A stretch of 64,000 nucleotides of DNA, taken from an uncultured Gammaproteobacteria bacterium (GTDB taxonomy: Bacteria > Patescibacteriota > Microgenomatia > Levybacterales > UBA12049). The notes under the pieces are model-generated. The model ran no database searches. It worked only from the letters and a program-made list of their open reading frames with translations, and was not told where the DNA came from. The translations under genes were made by a program, and so were the position numbers. The stretch spans positions 8,456 to 72,455 of the forward strand of contig CAZSWA010000005.1 of the NCBI GenBank assembly GCA_964610465.1, read 5' to 3'. This document shows positions 8,770 through 18,161 of this stretch, piece after piece. The stretch's first letter is position 1; each line of letters begins with the position of its first letter.

Positions 8770-11700
8770 ATGAAAATAAGGAAAATTTTGCTTTTCATTA
8801 TCATAAGTTCTGTTCTCTTGTTTGTTTCAGAAATTTTTTCCCCTTCACAAGTAGTAGCACAAACGATAACCCCGACATCTACTTCCAGTTCAACATATAC
8901 TATAACAGGAAATTTTTTCTACGATACTAATGGAGATTTAAAGAAAGATAATGGAGAGGTGAATACGAACTATATAGATGTAGCCGGATGTAATAATGGA
9001 ACTCTTTCCTATACTACTCCAGGACAATACAGGATAAGTATAATAGGCGGAGGAACGTGTACCATCAATTACGGAAGTATTACATCGCCACCTGCCGGGT
9101 ATCAGATTACTTATCCTTCCGGAAATCCTCATAGTTTTACGGTAACTATTGGTTCTACCTGTAACGTGGATGGAACAACAGGAGGAACATGTAGTGGAGG
9201 AAATATCAGTAATCTTAATATTCCTCTTGGTGCTACTGCTGCACCTACGCTAACACCTACTCCTACATCAGTTCCCGCTACCTATAAAATTTCAGGTACT
9301 GTATTTGTGGATGCAAATAATGATGGAAAATTGGATAATGGAGAAAGTCCCTACAAAGCAAGCACTATTACTATTTCTCTTTCCGGTCCTGTAAATACAT
9401 TTACTACGACCGCAAATGGTGCATATACCTTCTCAAATTTACCTATAGGAACCTATACGCTAACTATGACGGTACCGGCAGGATATAATACAACTTCTGT
9501 TAATCCAGCAACAGTAACGGTGAACGCTAATGCAACGCAAAATTTTGGAGTTAGTAGTAATGTATGTACTGCGGGTAGTGGAGCTTCCGAGGTTATGCTT
9601 ATGTTTGATCATTCACAAAGTATGGCAGATAAAGACCCTGCAACAGGCAATACTAAAATAAGTGAAGCAATAAAAGCAGCACAAACATTTCTTAATCTGC
9701 TCAATCAAAATAATCCTGGGGTAAAAGTAGGTCTTATTGAATTTGCTGCCGCAGATAACTACCCCAATCTTGCTGATACCTCGGTTGTTGTGCCTCTCAT
9801 TCAACTCTCGAGTAACTATTCAAATCTTTCTAATGCTGTGAATCAAATGAAGATTGCATCAACACAGGGTACCTGTTTTGACTGTGCGGTTGATCTTCTC
9901 AACAAAGAACTGAAAGCCAATAGCACTCCCTCTGCAAAACATTTAGCAATTCTTCTCACAGACGGGAAGGCGAATGAAGATATTGCAAATGGTACCAATA
10001 ATGTCGATCCTACCACTGCAGAAAACGCTGCTATGAATTTAGTCAATTATGGTGATAATAATTTAAACATAGATTATTATACTGTTGGGGTTGGGAATGG
10101 GAATAATATCGACCCTGCATTTCTTCAGCAGATTGCAAACTCAACCGGTGGTCAATACTTTAACGATCCAACCAATGGTGATTTAACTTCTATTTACACA
10201 CAAATTGCCGGTAAACTAAATACTGCAGCAATTAAAGGTATGGTATATAAAGATGCCAATAATGATGGCAAGTACGACACAGGTGATACTCCACTGCAAG
10301 GATGGACAGTGCAAAATACTGGACCTTCAGGTAAGCAAACAGCAACAAGTGATAACAATGGCAAATTTTCATTTGGCAATCTCTGTATTGGACAATATAC
10401 TACTCAGGAGACTCTTCAGTCCGGGTGGATACAAACCCAACCGCAAAATCCCAATTTCTGGACTACGCTAGTAACGAGCGGAAATTCATTTAATAATATC
10501 AATTTTGGAAATTTACAAGGATATACTGTTTTAGGAAGTGTATTTGTAGATGTAAATAAAAATACTACTAAAGATAGTGGAGAACCAAATTACACAGGAT
10601 TACCTATACAGATTAACACGAGTGCTCCAGGAGCAACTGTGAGTTACCCAAGTCCTGGTACATTTAAAATAAGCGGAATAACTACAATTAGTGCACCAAT
10701 TAGTGTACAGTTTACAAACGCTTCTACAATACTGAATACAGGGTACCAAATGATTTACCCGTTAGGTACGCCTCCAGCTTTTTCTGTTACTGTAGGTCCG
10801 TCATGTAATATCAAGAGTGTATCAAACGGAGCACAATGTGACGCATCAGGCAATATCTCAAATCTCAATTTTGCTATCAGTAATTCATATCCTTGGATGC
10901 AATCTTCTGATTTAAATATCCGTGATGATTTCGGATTTAGTGACAATATCTCTTCTACTTCTTTGTGCACCGATTATACCTCAAAACCTGATGCATCATC
11001 AGCGAATCCCGGATATCCAGGAATAATTTTTTCTGGGCAAGTAAATGCGTTCTTCTGGCAGGGCAAGGCATCAAAAAAAAATTGGATAGTGGGAAGTTCA
11101 CTTTACCCTGAGGTATTCCAGAGTAGCAGTAATTTAAAAACAGAATACGATTATTTGCTCTCTACTATTAAGAATTCTGGAGCAACTATTACTGATTTTA
11201 CTGCGATTACTGATGCAAGTGGGAATCATACATGTAATAATCTTTCGAATTGTTCATTACCACCTAATCTGGCTCCAGGAGTGTATCAGGCATCAGGAGA
11301 TGTAATACTTACCGGGAGTGGGAGTCCTGTAGCCTATACGTTTTCTGCCAATAACGGACACTATATATTTCTCGTCAATGGAAACATAACGATAAAGGAA
11401 CGAATTGTTACCCCCAATGGGACCAATGCAATATTTTCATCGGCTGGTAATATTATCATTGATAAAACAGTTGGTGCTTCAAGTTTAACTTGCAATGATT
11501 CTCCGGGAGAAATTCAAGGAATTTATAGTGCTGATAACCAATTTATTGTCGATGGCTATCATGATTGTGTTACTCCTCAAGTTGATAGTATATTGACGAT
11601 TGAAGGAACAGTTATTGCCAACGCTGCAAGACAAAATACCCAAGAATCATTCATCTTTAACAATAGAGACTTGTGTGGTAATGACCCAAGTTATCCTGTT

Positions 11701-11790
11701 GTTTTCTTACGAGCTCGTCCTGACTTTATTCTTTCTGCACCTGATGTGGTAAAACAAAATACATTTGTTACACAAGAAGCCTTGCCATAG
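8770..11790 (+). CDS. Large secreted surface protein (~1000 aa). It has a signal peptide, three SdrD-B/Cna-B-like repeat units and a von Willebrand factor A domain with a MIDAS motif.
   Basis: N-terminus MKIRKILLFIIISSVLLFVSEIFSPSQVVAQ. Repeats GTVFVDANNDGKLDNGE, GMVYKDANNDGKYDTGD and GSVFVDVNKNTTKDSGE. vWA DxSxS motif (MFDHSQSM) and LLTDGKANED. Confidence 0.75.
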   Translation: MKIRKILLFIIISSVLLFVSEIFSPSQVVAQTITPTSTSSSTYTITGNFFYDTNGDLKKDNGEVNTNYIDVAGCNNGTLSYTTPGQYRISIIGGGTCTINYGSITSPPAGYQITYPSGNPHSFTVTIGSTCNVDGTTGGTCSGGNISNLNIPLGATAAPTLTPTPTSVPATYKISGTVFVDANNDGKLDNGESPYKASTITISLSGPVNTFTTTANGAYTFSNLPIGTYTLTMTVPAGYNTTSVNPATVTVNANATQNFGVSSNVCTAGSGASEVMLMFDHSQSMADKDPATGNTKISEAIKAAQTFLNLLNQNNPGVKVGLIEFAAADNYPNLADTSVVVPLIQLSSNYSNLSNAVNQMKIASTQGTCFDCAVDLLNKELKANSTPSAKHLAILLTDGKANEDIANGTNNVDPTTAENAAMNLVNYGDNNLNIDYYTVGVGNGNNIDPAFLQQIANSTGGQYFNDPTNGDLTSIYTQIAGKLNTAAIKGMVYKDANNDGKYDTGDTPLQGWTVQNTGPSGKQTATSDNNGKFSFGNLCIGQYTTQETLQSGWIQTQPQNPNFWTTLVTSGNSFNNINFGNLQGYTVLGSVFVDVNKNTTKDSGEPNYTGLPIQINTSAPGATVSYPSPGTFKISGITTISAPISVQFTNASTILNTGYQMIYPLGTPPAFSVTVGPSCNIKSVSNGAQCDASGNISNLNFAISNSYPWMQSSDLNIRDDFGFSDNISSTSLCTDYTSKPDASSANPGYPGIIFSGQVNAFFWQGKASKKNWIVGSSLYPEVFQSSSNLKTEYDYLLSTIKNSGATITDFTAITDASGNHTCNNLSNCSLPPNLAPGVYQASGDVILTGSGSPVAYTFSANNGHYIFLVNGNITIKERIVTPNGTNAIFSSAGNIIIDKTVGASSLTCNDSPGEIQGIYSADNQFIVDGYHDCVTPQVDSILTIEGTVIANAARQNTQESFIFNNRDLCGNDPSYPVVFLRARPDFILSAPDVVKQNTFVTQEALP

Positions 11791-11858
11791 AAATTGCTAC
11801 GTAAAAAACATCTATAAGGGTTGAAGGTTATGCCTCTATCTGGTATACTTACCTCACT

Positions 11859-12875
11859 ATGCCAGCGATACAAAGAAGCGAATTTGCATTAGCATTAAAT
11901 CAAGTTGCCTCAGAACGTGGAGTTGATGTAAATGTTGTGCTTGATACAGTAAAAAATGCTATTTTGGCAGCCTACAGAAAGGACCATCCTGGAATTGAAG
12001 TTACCGAATACACAGCAGAACTTAATCCCAATACCGGTGAAGCACGAATTCTTCATAATAGTGAAGATGTTACTCCCCCTGGATTTGGAAGAATTGCAGC
12101 TCAAACTGCAAAGCAGGTAATTCTTCAAAAGATACGAGAGAAAGAAAAGGAAGCAATTTTATCAGATTATAAAGTACGAATTGGGACAGTAGTGAATGGA
12201 ATGGTTCTCAGATTTGCAGGGCCAAATATCATTGTTGATATTGGGAAAACAGAGGCAATCATGCCTCCATCAGAACAAATTCCAAGTGAAAAGTATCATC
12301 TCAATCAACGTCTTTCATTTTATCTTCTTGATATTCGGGAAGGACTCAAAGGTGAGGAGGTTATCGTATCAAGAAGCCATAATGGTCTTATTGAAGGGCT
12401 TTTCAAAAGAGAAGTACCGGAAGTTTCTCAGGGCAGTGTAGAAATTAAAAACGTAGTTCGGGAAGCAGGAAATCGATCAAAAGTTGCAGTCTTTTCAAAA
12501 CAGCCTGGTATTGATCCTGTTGGGTCATGCGTTGGACAAAAAGGCGTACGTGTACAAGCAATCATTCAAGAATTAAATGGTGAAAAAATCGATATTATCC
12601 AATGGTCAGATGATGCCAAAACCTATATTGCTCAGGCACTTTCTCCTGCCAAAGATGTACAGGTAGAAGTAGATGAAGATGAAAAAACTGCTCATGTAAT
12701 GGTACCCAAAGAAGAATTATCTCTGGCAATAGGAAAAGATGGACAAAATGTACGCTTGGCATCAAAACTCACTGGCTTCAGGATTGAAATTGAAGGAAAA
12801 GGCGGCAGTGAAGTTAATGAACCATCGCATGAAGAAGCGAAAAGTACAGAACCTGTAGAAACACACCCGGCATAG
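11859..12875 (+). CDS. nusA: Transcription termination/antitermination factor NusA (N-terminal domain, S1, KH1 and KH2).
   Basis: The N-terminus (FALALNQVASERGVDVNVVLDTVKNAILAAYRK) is typical of NusA. KH region GSCVGQKGVRVQAIIQELNGEKIDII. Followed directly by infB in conserved synteny. Confidence 0.9.
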   Translation: MPAIQRSEFALALNQVASERGVDVNVVLDTVKNAILAAYRKDHPGIEVTEYTAELNPNTGEARILHNSEDVTPPGFGRIAAQTAKQVILQKIREKEKEAILSDYKVRIGTVVNGMVLRFAGPNIIVDIGKTEAIMPPSEQIPSEKYHLNQRLSFYLLDIREGLKGEEVIVSRSHNGLIEGLFKREVPEVSQGSVEIKNVVREAGNRSKVAVFSKQPGIDPVGSCVGQKGVRVQAIIQELNGEKIDIIQWSDDAKTYIAQALSPAKDVQVEVDEDEKTAHVMVPKEELSLAIGKDGQNVRLASKLTGFRIEIEGKGGSEVNEPSHEEAKSTEPVETHPA

Positions 12876-12920
12876 TATGAAGCAAGGAGTACTTTTAGAT
12901 ACAAGTGAAGAAGCAAAAGT

Positions 12921-14411
12921 ATGGATAGCAAGAAAAAGATTACTCACAATGAATCAGTTACCTCATTTCCTCCAGTAGTTGCAGTACTTGGTCATGTTGA
13001 CCATGGCAAAACCACCTTACTTGATGCAATACGCAAATCTTCAATCGCACAAAGAGAAATTGGAGGAATTACTCAAAAAATCGGCGCATCATCAATTGAA
13101 ATAATCCATGAAGGTAAAAAGAGAACAATCACATTTATTGACACTCCAGGTCATGAAGCGTTTTCAAAAATGAGAGGAAGAGGTGCCCAAGCAGCAGATG
13201 TCGCACTTCTTATTGTTTCTGTAACTGATGGAGTAATGCCGCAAACCAGAGAAAGTATTGAAATTCTTAGAGAAACAGAGACTCCTTTTATTGTAGTACT
13301 TACCAAAATCGACCTCCCAACCAAAAATCCTGATAAAGTAAAACACGATTTGCTCAAAGAACAGGTTATGCTTGAAGGTTATGGTGGAGAAGTGCCAGTC
13401 ATTGAAGTTTCTGCAAAAACCAATCAGAATGTAAAGGAGCTTTTGGATTTGATTCTTCTTATGTATGATTTTCGTAAAACGCCTGAATATGAAAAAGAAA
13501 TAACAAGCGATGCGTCTTTTCGTGCAGTCGTGATAGAGTCAAAAATGGATAAAAAAACCGGTCCTCTCGCCACAGTTGTGATAAAAAATGGAACAGTTCA
13601 TCTTCGTGATGAACTCCTGGTAGATAAGCAACTATTTAAAGTAAGAGCACTCATCACTACTCAAAACATACAAGTTCAGAAGGCAACTGTTGGTGAAGCA
13701 ATTGAAGTGTTGGGTTTTACAACGGTTCCCGCTGTTGGCAGTATTGTTTCATCCACGGCAAATGCATTACCTCTTGTACAAAACAACTTGCCGGCAACTA
13801 CAAAACAACTCAAAAGAGAACTCATCTATAAAAGAGATGAGACTAAATCCGGGATTTCCGCAATCCTTGTTGCTGATACCCAAGGATCACTCGAGGCAAT
13901 TATGAATGCACTTCCAAAAGATGTTGAGCTTCTTCTTTACAAAACAGGAGAGGTTACAGAAGCAGATATTCTGCTTGCGAAATCCACTGGCTCAATAGTG
14001 CTGAGTTTCAATACTAAAATCCGGCCGGAAGTCCAGAAGCTCGCAATTACTGAGAAAGTCCTTTTCCGCAATTATCAAATCATCTATGAGTTACTTGATG
14101 AGGTACAGGATGCCTTAGAAGGTAAGAAACTTGCTGAGATGGAGCAAGTCTTTGGCAAAGCCAAAGTTTTGGCCAAATTTCCCTTTGAGAAGACCAATGT
14201 ATTTGGCATATCAGTTTCAGACGGGCGTATCGCGCGTGGAGATAGGGTAAGGATTCTAAGAGGTGAGATTCTCATCGGAGAAAGCTCAATCTCATCCCTT
14301 AGAGTTGGGAAAAATCCTACTTCAAAAGTCGAAAAAGGACACGAAGCAGGCATACTTTTGTCTCCTTATCTTGACATACAAGTAGGGGATGTTATAATAC
14401 CCCATAGTTGA
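12921..14411 (+). CDS. infB: Translation initiation factor IF-2, a short form lacking the long N-terminal region.
   Basis: G-domain VVAVLGHVDHGKTTLLDAIRK and DTPGHEAF. nusA-infB synteny. 496 aa. Confidence 0.9.
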   Translation: MDSKKKITHNESVTSFPPVVAVLGHVDHGKTTLLDAIRKSSIAQREIGGITQKIGASSIEIIHEGKKRTITFIDTPGHEAFSKMRGRGAQAADVALLIVSVTDGVMPQTRESIEILRETETPFIVVLTKIDLPTKNPDKVKHDLLKEQVMLEGYGGEVPVIEVSAKTNQNVKELLDLILLMYDFRKTPEYEKEITSDASFRAVVIESKMDKKTGPLATVVIKNGTVHLRDELLVDKQLFKVRALITTQNIQVQKATVGEAIEVLGFTTVPAVGSIVSSTANALPLVQNNLPATTKQLKRELIYKRDETKSGISAILVADTQGSLEAIMNALPKDVELLLYKTGEVTEADILLAKSTGSIVLSFNTKIRPEVQKLAITEKVLFRNYQIIYELLDEVQDALEGKKLAEMEQVFGKAKVLAKFPFEKTNVFGISVSDGRIARGDRVRILRGEILIGESSISSLRVGKNPTSKVEKGHEAGILLSPYLDIQVGDVIIPHS

Positions 14412-15388
14412 TGAATTCAGTAGCTATGGATAACAATACAGTTCAACGGATAAAAGATATCATTGCAAAGGGTGAGAATCTCTCAATTGCGGTTGGGAAA
14501 AACCCTTCACTGGACGAGATGGCGGGAGCGCTATCTCTCTTTTTGGCCTTCAGAGAAGCAAATAAAAGAGTAAGTATTGCATGTCCAACAGACCCACTTG
14601 TTGAGATTTCCTCTCTTGTCGGAATTGACAAAGTCCAAAATAAACTCTCAGGAGATGGGGGAGATCTCACTGTTTCTTTTCCTTATCAGGAGGGAGAGAT
14701 AGAGAAGGTTTCCTACACTGTTGAAAATGGCTATCTCAATATTATTGTAAAAGCTGGCGAGCATGGACTTTCATTTGACGAACGGGATATTAAATATATC
14801 CGCGGTGGAGGATTAATTGATTTGCTTTTTATCGTTGGTACCCCAAGCCTTTCTGATCTTGAAGGATTATACGATGAAGAAAAATTCCGCGATACAACTG
14901 TTATCAATATCGACAATAAACAAAATAATCAAGGGTTTGGAGACGTAGTACTCGTATCTCCCAAATTCTCATCTGTGAGTGAACAGATTACCGATTTTAT
15001 CCTTTCTTTAGGTCTTCGAATTGATAAGGATACTGCACAAAATCTCTTAAGCGGTATTATACAGGCAACTGATAATTTTCAAAGCCCAAATACAAGTATG
15101 GTTGCATTTGAGATGTCAGCATTTCTCATGAGAAAAGGCGCACAAAGGCCAGGCGCTCGTGAACATCTTGAACAAAGAGAACAAAGACAACGTCCTCAAC
15201 TTTCTCAGAGGCAAAATCAACAGAGAAGGTTTGATGATACCAGACAACAGCATCAGTCTCAACCTCAACAGCAAGCTCAATCTAATCGACCTGCACCTGA
15301 AGAACCAGAAGAAAATCAACAAGATGAGGAAAATCCGCCATCTGACTGGCTGACTCCTAAAGTCTTTAAAGGCTCATCCAATGTCTAA
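14408..15388 (+). CDS. DHH-family (NrnA-like) protein with degenerate catalytic motifs and a Q/R-rich low-complexity C-terminal tail. Start overlaps the infB stop (ATGA).
   Basis: NrnA-like layout at the position NrnA/RbfA genes usually occupy after infB. Motif I reads KNPSLDEMAGALSL instead of HxNPDGDAxGS, and the DHH position reads IDNKQNNQGFGDVVLVSP. Confidence 0.4.
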   Translation: MMNSVAMDNNTVQRIKDIIAKGENLSIAVGKNPSLDEMAGALSLFLAFREANKRVSIACPTDPLVEISSLVGIDKVQNKLSGDGGDLTVSFPYQEGEIEKVSYTVENGYLNIIVKAGEHGLSFDERDIKYIRGGGLIDLLFIVGTPSLSDLEGLYDEEKFRDTTVINIDNKQNNQGFGDVVLVSPKFSSVSEQITDFILSLGLRIDKDTAQNLLSGIIQATDNFQSPNTSMVAFEMSAFLMRKGAQRPGAREHLEQREQRQRPQLSQRQNQQRRFDDTRQQHQSQPQQQAQSNRPAPEEPEENQQDEENPPSDWLTPKVFKGSSNV

Positions 15389-15440
15389 TCACAGTAGAGT
15401 ACTCTTGTGAATCTCCTTTTCGCATGATATAATACAGTTT

Positions 15441-15710
15441 ATGCCATTATCAACTACACAAAAGCAGGAAATTATAAAAGAATATCAAACCACAGACGGC
15501 GATACAGGAAGTCCTGAAGTGCAAATTGCTCTTTTGTCAAAAAGAATTGAGCGACTTGCAGGGCACTTAAAAGAGCACGATCATGATGTACACAGCAGAC
15601 GAGGTCTTCTTTCAATGATTGCCAAAAGACGACGCTTGATAAACTTTCTTAAAAAAGTTGATGAAACTAGAGTCCGTTCCATCTTAAAAAAAATTGGACT
15701 TTCGGATTAA
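15441..15710 (+). CDS. rpsO: 30S ribosomal protein S15
   Basis: Full-length match to the S15 consensus ([39 protein letters not shown]). rpsO-pnp synteny. Confidence 0.9.
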   Translation: MPLSTTQKQEIIKEYQTTDGDTGSPEVQIALLSKRIERLAGHLKEHDHDVHSRRGLLSMIAKRRRLINFLKKVDETRVRSILKKIGLSD

Positions 15711-15714
15711 TTAA

Positions 15715-17985
15715 ATGGAAAAAACCTCAGTAACACTCGATTTTGCAGGAAAAACTTTAACACTTGAAACAGGTGATTTAGCAACTCAAGCAACATCTTC
15801 AGTACTTGCCAGACTTGGTGATACTATGGTATTGGTAACGGTAGTTGAAGGACTTGAGAGAAAAGATGTTGATTATTTCCCTCTTTCAGTTGAATACGTC
15901 GAAAGACTCTATGCAGGTGGACGCATCAAAGGAAGCAGATGGGTTAAGCGTGAAGGACGACCATCTGATGAAGCAATTCTTACTGGACGTTTAATTGACA
16001 GATCAATTCGTCCACTTTTTCCAAAAGAGTTCAAAAAGGATGTACAGGTAGTTATAACTGTACTTTCAGTTGATGGAGAAAATGAACCGGATATTTTGTC
16101 CCTTATCGCAGTATCTGCAGCGCTTAGTATTTCACGAATTCCTTGGAAAGGGCCAATTGGTGCAATACGAATAGGACTTGTCAAAGATGAAGAAGGAAAT
16201 ACAGAGTATCTTCTCAATCCAACAGTATCAGAACTCGAATTTTCAGAGCTTGATTTGGTAGTATCCCAAACAAAAAATAAAACACATATGATAGAGGCAG
16301 GGGGTTTGCAAGTTCCAGAAGAACAAGTGGAAGAAGCCATAAAAAGAGCTCACGCAGAAACTGAAAAAGTAATTGAGTTTATCGAAGACTTAACCAAAAA
16401 AATCGGACAGAAAAAAACTGCTGTTACTCCAAATGTACAACTTTCAGAAACAGTCGCACGTCTTGAAAAAACATACAAAGAAGAGATTCTTGAATTAGCG
16501 AAAGCACGCGCCAATAGAGAAACTGGACATGAGGAGACAGACGAACTTATTGATAGAATTTTTGAGCAGGAAAAACTTGCCAATCCATCACTTGAGATTG
16601 ACAAGAAAGTTATTGCCGCTGCAATTGAGTACATCATGTTTAAGCAAATCAGAAAAGATGTTGTTGAAAAAAGCAAAAGAATTGATGGAAGAAAAATTGA
16701 TGAGATTCGTCCATTGGGAGCACGAGTTTCCGTACTTCCTAGAACTCACGGTTCAGCACTTTTTCAGAGAGGATTAACACAAGCTTTAACTGTTGCAACA
16801 CTTGGTTCTCCCCGTCTTGAGCAGATTATTGAATCAGCAGAAGGAGAAGAAACCAAACGCTATATTCATCATTATTCAATGCCGCCATATTCAGTTGGAG
16901 AAACAGGAAGAATGGGGACTCCAAGTAGACGGGAAATAGGTCATGGAGCACTCGCAGAACGTGCACTGCTTCCGGTAATTCCAAGCAAAGAAAAATTTCC
17001 CTATACTATCCGGGTAGTTTCAGAAATTCTTTCATCAAACGGAAGTACGTCAATGGCATCAACATGTGGTTCAACCCTTGCATTAATGGATGCCGGAGTA
17101 CCAATTGAAAGTCCAGTTGCCGGTATCTCAATTGGCATGATGTCCAATGAAGAGAAATATGTACTTCTTACAGATATCATTGGACTTGAAGATTTTTCAG
17201 GAGATATGGACTTTAAAGTCGCAGGAACTGAAAAAGGAGTTACCGCAATTCAACTTGATGTAAAAATTCCAGGTCTTACACTTGAGCAAGTAAAAGAAAC
17301 CTTCAAACGCGCACGGGAAGCACGTATGATTATTTTGGAAAAAATGCTTTCTGTAATTCCTCAATCACGTGAAGCTGTATCTGAATATGCGCCAAAGATT
17401 GAACTTATCAAGATTCCTCTTGATAAAATCGGAGAAGTAATAGGCCCCGGAGGACGAAATGTCAGAAATATTATTGCCCAGACAGGTGCTACAGTTGATA
17501 TAGAAGATGATGGTACAGTTACTGTTACTGGTCTCTCGGAAGAAGAAGTCAAGAAAGCATCAGACTGGATTAAAGGCATGACAAGGGAGGTTACACCTGG
17601 AGAAGTATTTGAAGGAGAAGTAAAAAGAATTCTTCCTTTTGGTGCATTTGTTGAGTATTTGCCAGGAAGAGAAGGAATGGTACATGTTTCTAAAATGGGA
17701 CGCGGATTTATCAAAAGTCCTGAAGAAGTAGTATCAATCGGTCAAAGGGTCAAAGTAAGAGTGAGTGAAATTGATGATCAAGGAAGAATCAATCTCTCTA
17801 TGCTTTTTGGAGAAGACGCAGAACAAAAGCGTAGAGATGTGCATGAAGATAGAGGAGACAGAGGAGAACGCCGTCCACGACCTGGAAGTGGAACCGGCAT
17901 GCATCCTTTATCACGTCAATTCCAGAGAGAACGAAGTGGTAGCCGTACTAATAACCGTAATTCCGGCCGCAAACGCTTTAGATAG
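15715..17985 (+). CDS. pnp: Polynucleotide phosphorylase (two RNase PH domains, KH, S1) with a C-terminal R/G-rich tail.
   Basis: RNase PH core motifs, KH (GPGGRNVRNIIAQTGATVDI), S1 (GEVFEGEVKRILPFGAFVEY). Follows rpsO. Confidence 0.9.
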   Translation: MEKTSVTLDFAGKTLTLETGDLATQATSSVLARLGDTMVLVTVVEGLERKDVDYFPLSVEYVERLYAGGRIKGSRWVKREGRPSDEAILTGRLIDRSIRPLFPKEFKKDVQVVITVLSVDGENEPDILSLIAVSAALSISRIPWKGPIGAIRIGLVKDEEGNTEYLLNPTVSELEFSELDLVVSQTKNKTHMIEAGGLQVPEEQVEEAIKRAHAETEKVIEFIEDLTKKIGQKKTAVTPNVQLSETVARLEKTYKEEILELAKARANRETGHEETDELIDRIFEQEKLANPSLEIDKKVIAAAIEYIMFKQIRKDVVEKSKRIDGRKIDEIRPLGARVSVLPRTHGSALFQRGLTQALTVATLGSPRLEQIIESAEGEETKRYIHHYSMPPYSVGETGRMGTPSRREIGHGALAERALLPVIPSKEKFPYTIRVVSEILSSNGSTSMASTCGSTLALMDAGVPIESPVAGISIGMMSNEEKYVLLTDIIGLEDFSGDMDFKVAGTEKGVTAIQLDVKIPGLTLEQVKETFKRAREARMIILEKMLSVIPQSREAVSEYAPKIELIKIPLDKIGEVIGPGGRNVRNIIAQTGATVDIEDDGTVTVTGLSEEEVKKASDWIKGMTREVTPGEVFEGEVKRILPFGAFVEYLPGREGMVHVSKMGRGFIKSPEEVVSIGQRVKVRVSEIDDQGRINLSMLFGEDAEQKRRDVHEDRGDRGERRPRPGSGTGMHPLSRQFQRERSGSRTNNRNSGRKRFR

Positions 17986-18161
17986 TTTAAAATTAAGAAG
18001 CATCCCACAGGCCTCTGCGAGGGATCTTCGAAGAATCAAGAAATAAGGAAATAAAATCGTAAACCCCAAATACCAGGCTCTAAATAAATTCGAAATTACA
18101 AAAAACAAATATAAACTCCATCTCTCTTTTGTCTTTTTATAAAATCATGTAATATATTATT

